NCBI GenBank assembly: GCA_964510585.1 | Contig: CAZECW010000051.1 | Coordinates: 1-14,697 of the forward strand | Source: an uncultured archaeon | GTDB lineage: Archaea > Asgardarchaeota > Jordiarchaeia > Jordiarchaeales > Jordiarchaeaceae | Reading direction: 5' to 3' | Length of the DNA: 14,697 bases | Part shown: positions 1 through 8,442 of the stretch, in pieces | Layout: every line of letters begins with the position of its first letter | Numbering within the stretch: position 1 is the stretch's first letter | Position numbers and translations under genes: made by a program | The notes under the pieces: generated by a model | What the model saw: only the letters and a program-made list of their open reading frames with translations | What the model was told of the DNA's origin: nothing | Databases searched by the model: none

Positions 1-292
1 CAATAAACCAAAACCCTCCCCCTGCCCGCCCCAAAAATTCCACTTTGCAATTGTAATTTTTTAAACTAGTTAGATTAATTTTTGACAACTTTAATTTTTA
101 AAAACAACCAACATTTTGAGAAAATAAATCAAAAGGGAAAAGTTAACAACATTGACACTTAATTGAAAAAGATTATTAGACATCATTTCTAACCTGAAAG
201 TGAAAATCATAAATAGACCTGATAAGACTGCAACTTAATATTAAAAAATTTTCAGCGGGACTCAACTAAATAAAGGCTTTGAGGGCAAAGAT

Positions 293-2092
293 ATGGTAAG
301 AATAGGAATAGTTGACAGAAACAGATGCAAACCAAAGGATTGTCGCAAAGAATGCTACAAATTCTGTCCGCTGGTGAGAATGGGAAACGAAGCCATCACT
401 TTCGATCCAGATACTGGGCAAGCAGTAATTTCCGAGCAGTTGTGTGAAGGGACAGGTATATGTGTGAAAAAGTGTCCCTTTAAAGCCATTAGGATAATTA
501 ATCTTCCGGAAGAGTTGGAGAAAGACCTGACGCATAGATACGGTCCAAACACCTTTAAACTCTACCGTCTGCCGATACCCCAGCTTGAAAAAGTTACTGG
601 ATTAATAGGACCAAACGGTGTGGGCAAAACCACTGCTTTAAGAATACTGGCAGGAGAAATCAAACCCAATTTGGGGGAGTATGAAAATCCCCCAGACTGG
701 GATAGTATAATTAGGCATTATCGTGGGAGTGAGTTACAGCCTTATTTCGAAAAAATATCTAACGGAGAATTACGCGTAGTTCATAAACCACAAAATATCA
801 CCCGGCTACCAGAAGTTGTAAAGGGAGTGGTGGGGGAGCTACTTGAGAGAGTCGACGAGAGAGGAATTATGAAAAAACTGGCGGAAGAATTAGAATTGAA
901 AAATTTGTGGGATCGAGAACTTAAAGTTTTAAGCGGGGGAGAACTTCAGAGAGTAGCAATAGCAGCTACCATAGCGAGAGATGCTAACGTCTACCTTTTT
1001 GACGAACCCTCAAGCTACGAGGACATCTATCAACGCTTAAACATAGCCAAAGCAATAAGAAAACTTGCCGACGAGAAAAAAACAGTGATATGCATAGAAC
1101 ACGACCTAGCTTTGGTAGACTACCTCAGTGATGCGGTTTGTATGTTCTATGGAACACCCGGAGTCTATGGTGTAGTTTCACATCCCCACGGCGTTAGAGA
1201 GGGGATAAATATTTATCTAGATGGTTTTCTCCCGGACGAAAACCTACGCTTCCGCGCGGAACCCATCAGATTCCATATGAGCCCAACACCCTCTGGAGGT
1301 TGGGAAAGTCAAGAAATCCTCCTTAAATTCGGATACATGAAGAAAAGCTACAACGGATTTTCATTAAAGGTGGAGGGTGGTGAAATTCACAGGGGAGAAG
1401 TCGTAGGAATAATTGGCCCAAACGGTATTGGAAAAACAACGTTTATCAAATTGCTTGCTGGAGAGATTCAGCCGGACGAGGGGCAGCCTGTTGAAAAAGA
1501 AATAAAAATTAGTTATAAACCTCAGTATTTGAGAGCTGACTATGACGGAGAAGTACAAACACTACTAAAAGAAGCTGGCGGAAATAGAGCAACTAGCAGC
1601 GAATTTAGGTCCGATGTAATAAAACCTCTGGAATTAGAGAGCTTACTAGATAGGCCAGTTAAAGACTTGAGTGGCGGTGAACTTCAGAGTGTGGCTATAG
1701 CAGCTTGTTTAGCTCGAGAAGCAGACGTATATCTTTTAGATGAGCCCAGCGCCTTTCTTTCATCGGAACAGAGACTAATAATGGCAAGAACGGTGAGGCG
1801 AGTAATAGAAAAGTGGCTAAGCGCCGCCTTTATAGTGGAACATGATATAATTGGTGTGGACAGTCTTTCGGACAGCTTAATGGTCTTCAGCGGGATACCA
1901 GGGGTGAGAGGAGAAGCTTCAAGACCCACAGATCTCAGAACCGGTATGAACAATTTCCTTAAAGGATTGAACATAACTTTTCGCAGAGACCCAGAAAACG
2001 GTAGACCTAGAATTAACAAGGAGAATTCAAGATTAGATAGATTGCAGAAAGAACAGGGCGAATACTATTACGTACCATTAACTAAAGAATGA
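293..2092 (+). CDS. rli: Ribosome recycling ATPase ABCE1/RLI (N-terminal Fe-S domain plus two ABC nucleotide-binding domains)
   Basis: N-terminal CKPKDCRKECYKFCP...CEGTGICVKKCPF; Walker A motifs GPNGVGKT and GPNGIGKT; signatures LSGGELQR and LSGGELQS; Walker B motifs YLFDEPS and YLLDEPS; typical C-terminal FRRDPENGRPRINK. GAGGG SD-like motif upstream. Confidence 0.97.
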   Translation: MVRIGIVDRNRCKPKDCRKECYKFCPLVRMGNEAITFDPDTGQAVISEQLCEGTGICVKKCPFKAIRIINLPEELEKDLTHRYGPNTFKLYRLPIPQLEKVTGLIGPNGVGKTTALRILAGEIKPNLGEYENPPDWDSIIRHYRGSELQPYFEKISNGELRVVHKPQNITRLPEVVKGVVGELLERVDERGIMKKLAEELELKNLWDRELKVLSGGELQRVAIAATIARDANVYLFDEPSSYEDIYQRLNIAKAIRKLADEKKTVICIEHDLALVDYLSDAVCMFYGTPGVYGVVSHPHGVREGINIYLDGFLPDENLRFRAEPIRFHMSPTPSGGWESQEILLKFGYMKKSYNGFSLKVEGGEIHRGEVVGIIGPNGIGKTTFIKLLAGEIQPDEGQPVEKEIKISYKPQYLRADYDGEVQTLLKEAGGNRATSSEFRSDVIKPLELESLLDRPVKDLSGGELQSVAIAACLAREADVYLLDEPSAFLSSEQRLIMARTVRRVIEKWLSAAFIVEHDIIGVDSLSDSLMVFSGIPGVRGEASRPTDLRTGMNNFLKGLNITFRRDPENGRPRINKENSRLDRLQKEQGEYYYVPLTKE

Positions 2093-2118
2093 AGCTACAG
2101 AAAAGGGGAAAATTTGCT

Positions 2119-3390
2119 TTAATCCTCGTTCTTCTCTTGGGTCTCAGATTTAATTGCCTTTCTCTTGGCAAAAACTACTATGTAAAGCTCTTTGGCCTCG
2201 AATAAAACCTTTTGCCCCTCCCGAGTCTGTTTTAAGTACCCCATCTTCGCTAACTTATTAAGGTACCTTGAAACATTTCCCTGGTCAATATCGAGAGATT
2301 CAGCCAACTGACTGGCAAAAACGGGGCCCCCATTGAACTTTTCACAGATTTTCAAGAAAATTTCGAGCTCTCTTGAAGTTAACTCGTCCTTCATTCTTTT
2401 AAGAATACTTGTACTAAGCTTTCCCCTAGCTAGACGAATACCAGTATCAAGGTCGTTGAGGTCAACCTTATGGCTACCCTCTCTCTTTAGAGCCGCCTCA
2501 AGTGTACTTCTCAAAATAACTAGTAAATAGCGAGGATTATGAAAACTTACTTCATTGGCCTTCTCAATAATTTCCCTTGAAAATGGAAAAAGAGGATCAG
2601 GAGCATTCCCCTCTCTGTATAGGTCCAGTCTCTTTCTAACCAGCTCTACCGCCGCATCATTATCTAATTCTTCGAACTCTATCTCTCCCATAATCCTAGA
2701 GATTACCGCTGGATGAACATCCTTAACCATCTGCCACGATTTAGGACTACTGCAAATAACTGTCATGTGTTTACTTAGACCATGAACCCTAGAAAGATAC
2801 TCTCTGGTAAGTGTGAACGCCTCTCTGATTTCCCTCTCGTTTCCCCCAGAAGCTAGCTCTTCAAATTCGTCTATTATAAAGCAGGTGGTATAATTGTTCT
2901 TGCTTAATATGGAAAAAACACTCGCTAAATCTCTTCCTGCCTTGTGGGAATCCAACTCCAAATTTTTAATAACTAAATTTTTATAATATTCATAAATTTC
3001 AAAAATAAAATCTTTATCTTCGGCGGGAAGCTCCAAAGACAGAGCCTCGGGGCAAACTGCCTCAAACAGAGCCCTTGCATATCTAGCAGGATCCCCACTG
3101 GGAACCTTGCAAAAGAAAACCATGCCGTTATGTCTCTTGAATGTGTCAGATATAGCAATGGCCCTAACGCTTTTTCCTGTTCCGTAGTCACCAACTAAAC
3201 TTAGAGTTGCTCCGCCTCCGCTGAGGACAATATCTATGTTTGTAGCTATTGATTCGTCTTCTGCCGTAAATACCAGTGTTTTAAGTATTTCCTCTTCAGT
3301 CATTGCTTCCGCAGAAGTCTTAACAAAGGGATTTCCCCTCAAATTAAACTGTTTGTATTTATCCTTTTTTATGAGTATATCATAGCTCAA
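2119..3390 (-). CDS. AAA+/P-loop ATPase with C-terminal winged-helix (MarR/ArsR-like) DNA-binding domain; Cdc6/Orc1-like architecture, exact family unassigned
   Basis: Walker A GDYGTGKS; Walker B FIIDEFEE; likely Arg finger in AVISRI; lid region NPRYLL; C-terminal ASQLAESLDIDQGNVSRYLNKLAKMGYL helix-turn-helix followed by a wing. TTG start with upstream AGGGGA. Confidence 0.8.
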   Translation of the reverse strand: MSYDILIKKDKYKQFNLRGNPFVKTSAEAMTEEEILKTLVFTAEDESIATNIDIVLSGGGATLSLVGDYGTGKSVRAIAISDTFKRHNGMVFFCKVPSGDPARYARALFEAVCPEALSLELPAEDKDFIFEIYEYYKNLVIKNLELDSHKAGRDLASVFSILSKNNYTTCFIIDEFEELASGGNEREIREAFTLTREYLSRVHGLSKHMTVICSSPKSWQMVKDVHPAVISRIMGEIEFEELDNDAAVELVRKRLDLYREGNAPDPLFPFSREIIEKANEVSFHNPRYLLVILRSTLEAALKREGSHKVDLNDLDTGIRLARGKLSTSILKRMKDELTSRELEIFLKICEKFNGGPVFASQLAESLDIDQGNVSRYLNKLAKMGYLKQTREGQKVLFEAKELYIVVFAKRKAIKSETQEKNED

Positions 3391-3440
3391 GATCTTTCCC
3401 CTGTTTTTTATTTAAATATATTATACGAAAGCCTTATTAA

Positions 3441-3527
3441 TGTAACTAGTGTAGATATATGTTAAGTATGTAAATAATGTAAATGTATGTAAAATTGTAT
3501 ATTGGAACGTTACATAGACTACATACA
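3441..3527. repeat. Periodic short-repeat array (TGTA/ATGTAA units about every 9-10 bp, then inverted TACA units) in a divergent promoter region
   Basis: TGTA at 3441, 3450, (TGTT 3460), 3469, 3478, 3488 and 3496, plus one off-period copy at 3484; inverted TACA at 3511, 3520 and 3524. Confidence 0.5.
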
Positions 3528-3551
3528 AACAAGAGGGAAAGGCGACAGAAA

Positions 3552-3701
3552 ATGGACAAAACGACCATAAAAATCATCCTCAACCAGTTAAAAGACGTCT
3601 ACGATAACCTAACAGAAAAATATGGAGAAGACATAAGAAAATACAGATACACACTAGCCCACACCATAGCAGACATAAGAACTGACGAAATAGCCGCATA
3701 A
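3552..3701 (+). CDS. Small hypothetical protein (49 aa, predicted helical)
   Basis: ATG at 3552 preceded by purine-rich GAGGGAAAGG; protein MDKTTIKIILNQLKDVYDNLTEKYGEDIRKYRYTLAHTIADIRTDEIAA. The longer 3483 start runs through the repeat array. Confidence 0.5.
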   Translation: MDKTTIKIILNQLKDVYDNLTEKYGEDIRKYRYTLAHTIADIRTDEIAA

Positions 3702-3751
3702 GTAATTAAATTAACGCATAAAATGTACTTACAGCTAGGGGATAGAATAGA

Positions 3752-3803
3752 TCCCAAGCACGCCGAGTAACTCCCAAATATTCATTTTGTACCTCCCAAG
3801 CAC
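3752..3803. repeat. Three TCCCAA direct repeats (two extended to TCCCAAGCAC) at 20-22 bp spacing
   Basis: TCCCAAGCAC at 3752 and 3794; TCCCAA at 3772. Confidence 0.4.
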
Positions 3804-4138
3804 TAGTAGTCGGGCACTACATTTGTAACTACAAAGGGGAAAGCGAAGCTTAATATTTAGATAGCGTAAAGAATTCACAGGAAATCGCATAATCTAAGTA
3901 TAAAAATAGTTAAGAGCTTAAAAAGTGGAAAACTTCAAACTAAGTCACATTTTTCAAAAATCAAAAACTTGGAACCGTGAATCCGTAAACACTAGAAACT
4001 CTTACAAAATGTGTAGCTTGCCAAAAGAAAGAAGATATAAGCGAGAATGATACCAATTTTATAATTCTAAATAAAAAATGAGCATAGTCCGACTCATAAT
4101 TTAACACTTAAAGAAGAATAAAAACTTCAAATTATAGT

Positions 4139-4156
4139 AAAAAAATAAAAAAGGGG
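4139..4156 (-). terminator. Archaeal oligo-T terminator downstream of the spliced fbp stop codon
   Basis: Minus strand reads CCCCTTTTTTATTTTTTT, beginning 7 nt after the TAG at 4164-4166. Confidence 0.5.
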
Positions 4157-4163
4157 TTCCAGA

Positions 4164-5331
4164 CTAATCTTCTTTAACGAATCTATCCGCCAATTTTTTC
4201 AGGACGCCGGGGAGGGTATTCTACTGCGAGAGGGCTACCTCAATTACAAAGAGTATTTATATAAATAATTGAAAAGAGAATATCGCAAGTGTATTCCATC
4301 TCCTCGGGTCCTAGCCTGTGAGGCATGAAGGGACCGTGTCTGCGCATGTATTCTGCTATTTCATTAGCTTTTTGTCTTGCTAAGTCAAATGCTGGGTCGT
4401 CGAACAAGTCTACGGGTCCAACTAGATGACCGTCAGTAACATTGAAGCCTAATGCGACAATTCTTGGGGGGCCATCGAACCTAGTGCAAACAGCATTCTT
4501 TACACTAACGGGCATAAGAGGCCCCGTGTGGCTGCCCCTCATCCAACCTGCTACTAGGTGGGGGAATGCGAAGGGTTCTAAGACTTCTCCGGTAGCGGGT
4601 AGTCCGTGTTGAGAGCGTACCAAGGCGCAGGGGTCGTCTTTTCCTACGTATTTACCTGCTATTAGGCTGAGCCGCGTCGTAGAAACTGCTGCGCATGGTA
4701 ATCCGTCTTTTCGCCATACTTTTCTAATTACATATCTCCCCGTTGTCCCAATTAACGCTAGAGCGTCATACATTTCCTCAGGACAGTTTAAGCGGACGCC
4801 TTTATTTTCCACAACATCGTAGACATCCAAGATAAATCCTTGGTGTAGTGAGGGGTCAATTATTAGTCCTGCTGTGTTGAATGGGTCTACGAAAATTTTG
4901 AAGAGGGGGTAATTAAATGCTCCCGGCTCAGTTTTATCAGCCATAAAAGCTATTAGTGGATCGCTCCCTCGTTCATCGAATTCTAGTTCTGCTACTCCGG
5001 GGCCCATTCCTTTGACATTTCCACTGAATGTGTCTTTGAGTAAATCTTGTCCTGCTCCGTATAGCTTTAATTTTTTCGAAATTTCGGTTGCCTTAGTAAA
5101 GGTGTCCCATGCCAACTTATGCACTTTTTCGTTATTTTCGCCCCTTCTGTGTGTCATAATTAGTTCTAGGTCGTCGCCTGCGTGAGTTACGTGAAAATCA
5201 ATTATTATTCCGTCCTTCTGTCCTTTTTCTAACGAGCTTTTGGCAGCTTCTATGCAGTCTGGATGCACAGTTGTATGACCAGCTATAGAACCTATATCTG
5301 CTTTTATTAAGGAGACTGTTATTTTAGCCAT
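4164..5331 (-). CDS. fbp: Bifunctional fructose-1,6-bisphosphate aldolase/phosphatase (FBPase class V), split into two exons: 5331-4289 and 4218-4164 (365 aa when joined)
   Basis: Family motifs KADIG, HAGDDLELIMTH, LYGAGQDLL, DKTEPGAFN, DPFNTAGL, YVGKDDP, GWMRGSH and RRHGPFMPHRL. The ORF-track protein ends in a non-family tail (CDILFSIIYINTLCN), whereas 4217-4164 encodes TLPGVLKKLADRFVKED*, the expected continuation after EMEYT. GGGGGAG SD upstream. Confidence 0.95.
4219..4288 (-). other. Putative 70-nt archaeal BHB-type mRNA intron in fbp
   Basis: Intron helix UGCGA(4287-4283)/UCGCA(4229-4225); 3-nt bulge AC^U; central helix AUAC/GUAG (3 Watson-Crick pairs plus one A-G); second bulge AA^U; imperfect exon helix. 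Cutting after the second nt of each bulge gives GAA TAC AC|T ACC CTC CCC = EYTTLP in frame. Confidence 0.8.
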
Positions 5332-5609
5332 TTTTCTCCCCTTTTTAATTGATGATGTGTAGTTGATTAATTTGTCCTTAAATATTTTTTTTATTCCTCA
5401 CTTTCCACTAAGAATCCAAGATAGTATATTAACTTATTCCATTTATTATTCCCAACACCTATTTTTAGTATGGAAGAAATTATTCGCAAATAAGTAAGCT
5501 ATTTTTTGAAATTTTTTTAATTTTTATTGGTAGAATTAGAAATATTTTTAACCAAGTTTATTTAATTTTTACTTATAGGCCAAGAAAAATTGCGAGTGAG
5601 GTAAGTAGT

Positions 5610-6122
5610 TTGAAGATATTAAAAGTATTTAAGGGCCAATCAGAGAATAACGTTGAAACTAGTTATACCAAGAGCACTATTCCCAAACCATTAAACGAGG
5701 AAACTAATAATAATGTTGCGCCTATTAATTCTTGCCTTGAAAAAGCAAACTTGATGGGGTGGCTACAAGAAAGGTTGGAGTCTCCAGAAATGATTGAGGC
5801 AAGTAAAAATGTTGAAGACATTACACTTCAATTTAATACTGGGGGAAACTTGTTCTATATGGTTAAAAGTGGTGTGCAGTCTTTTAAGATAGTTGGTGGA
5901 AGAGCCTCAGATCCTGATGCATTGATAAGAATTTCTCCCGGGATCGAATGTAAACTGGCAAGTGTCAGCGATTTTACGGAATTTTTCCAAGAATATAAGA
6001 GATGTGCAAACTTATCTGGTGGTGAGGAGTACATAAAGATTAAGCTTTTCAAAGATCTATCCCAGTTAAGTAAGAAAGGTATTTTGCGTAGCAGATTGAT
6101 TCGTACGCTGCTAATGGCTTAA
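5610..6122 (+). CDS. Hypothetical protein, possible SCP2 (sterol carrier/lipid-binding) fold in the C-terminal two-thirds
   Basis: 170-aa ORF; TTG start after GAGGT; segment ITLQFNTGGNLFYMVKSG...KIVGGRASDPDALIRIS resembles the SCP2 beta-strand and PD-x-x-I pattern. Confidence 0.6.
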   Translation: MKILKVFKGQSENNVETSYTKSTIPKPLNEETNNNVAPINSCLEKANLMGWLQERLESPEMIEASKNVEDITLQFNTGGNLFYMVKSGVQSFKIVGGRASDPDALIRISPGIECKLASVSDFTEFFQEYKRCANLSGGEEYIKIKLFKDLSQLSKKGILRSRLIRTLLMA

Positions 6123-6571
6123 CTTCTGATGGATTAATTACATATCCCTTTATACAATTCTTCATTTACCTAAAATTAAAAGTGTTACTAGTTTTAACCA
6201 ATGTATAGAGTGGGATTCAACTATTCTTTGAATCGTATTATCGAAGTTTGTCTTCGTATTTCGTTACTTGTATGGAATGAAGCCTTAAATTTTGTTTTTT
6301 TAGTTGTTTGATATTTCATTCTTATAGTTTTTCTATATATATTGTTGTTTTTCTCCACTTAGTTTGCTGAGTCTAACCCAAGAAAGGAGGGAATCCAAGA
6401 CGATACTTTCAATAGTCGAACCAGCCGGAAAACAAGAGCACCTTAAAAAGTGAACCATTTACGGATAAAGTGGTGGCATCGCTTATTTATTTTTAAGGCA
6501 AGAAATTCCATAGTAATTAGTTTTGTAAAAAGTGAAAGGAAAGTTTGCGTTTTTAATGCGGTTATGTAGGA

Positions 6572-7621
<1,050 letters not shown>

Positions 7622-7622
7622 C

Positions 7623-7637
7623 TATAAATTATTTTTG
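7623..7637 (-). promoter_or_regulatory. Candidate BRE/TATA promoter for gap
   Basis: Minus strand CAAAAATAATTTATA: purine-rich BRE-like segment followed by TTTATA, about 47 bp upstream of the ATG. Confidence 0.35.
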
Positions 7638-7741
7638 GCAGTTAACTACCAAAAATTTTTTTGGATAGAACAGTCTGGTAGGAGACAAACAATACAGTTT
7701 AATTTATATATTAACTTATTTAAGTTTTGAGTGTGGTTTTC

Positions 7742-8275
7742 ATGGTTATTCAAATTGATGATGCTGGATGGGGGGATCTCGTAGGCGGCTGTTTATTGGG
7801 TTTTTTCAGGAAGGAAACAGGCGAATATGTTGTTAAATTGATTGATGTTACTCATTTCCGCCCTCCCAATTTTGATAGGAAAACATATCTTAAGGAGGCC
7901 CTCACATTGGCAAAGAAAGCTTTAGAGGAACTTAAGGTTTCTAAGGAGGAGGAGATAGAGATTTGTACTGGATCAGTCTTGAGCGAGATTCGCCTGACCC
8001 TCATGGAGGAGGGCTACAAAGTGAAACCAACACGTATCGAAGGAAAATTACAAGAATTAATTGAAAACTCCCTTTTGGATTATTATGCGGAATTGGGAGT
8101 ACCAAGGGAGACATTGACTTTAGAGAGTGGACGTGATAGATTTTATGCCTTAATAAACTGGGTTATGGAGGATTTTGAGAGCAGGGAAAAATATGTTAAA
8201 ACGGGCTGGAAATCTTGGGATACTAAGTGGAAATATTGGAGACCAAAGAAAAAGAGGGTTCTCAGAGAAACTTAG
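7742..8275 (+). CDS. Conserved hypothetical protein, RNase H-like fold (RNase HII-like N-terminal motif)
   Basis: N-terminus MVIQIDDAGWGDLVGG resembles RNase HII GIDEAGRG; coherent 177-aa frame. ATG at 7742 preferred over the TTG at 7727. Confidence 0.65.
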   Translation: MVIQIDDAGWGDLVGGCLLGFFRKETGEYVVKLIDVTHFRPPNFDRKTYLKEALTLAKKALEELKVSKEEEIEICTGSVLSEIRLTLMEEGYKVKPTRIEGKLQELIENSLLDYYAELGVPRETLTLESGRDRFYALINWVMEDFESREKYVKTGWKSWDTKWKYWRPKKKRVLRET

Positions 8276-8442
8276 CTTCCAATGATTATTAACAAAAAGG
8301 CAATGCAATAATAGATTTATTATTTGTATTTCTAGTTATAAGAAGATTTTTGAAATAATAGTTTTCGCTTGAGCGCCTAATAAACTTTTTATAATAGATG
8401 AGCGAGACGTAATTTTGTCTCAATTAAAAAGGGGAGCTTCAA

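Noticed and set aside
3483-3551. Upstream ATG extending the small ORF to 72 aa
   Set aside because: It runs through the repeat array with no SD; ATG 3552 has a better ribosome-binding context.
3831-3931. ORB-like fragments (ACAAAGGGG at 3831, GTGGAAAAC at about 3925)
   Set aside because: Only partial, unlinked matches; no TTCCA-N-TGGAA core with G-string, so an origin is not supportable from these.
4216-4296. GAATAC direct repeat as a target-site duplication of a mini-transposon
   Set aside because: Collapsing the repeat removes 75 nt and gives EYPPRRPEKIGG*, which is not the conserved C-terminus. Only a 70-nt removal restores EYTTLP, matching BHB geometry.
4240-5331. ORF-track version of fbp ending CDILFSIIYINTLCN as the true protein end
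   Set aside because: The tail is non-family and AT-rich; the conserved tail lies downstream at 4217-4164 in another frame.
6123-6571. Short ORFs of 29-41 aa in the gap between the SCP2-like gene and gap
   Set aside because: No SD context, no recognisable motif, and lengths expected by chance.
8404-8421. GAGAC-N8-GTCTC inverted repeat upstream of pgk as a shared glycolytic operator
   Set aside because: No matching motif found upstream of fbp or gap, and a 5-bp inverted repeat is likely by chance.
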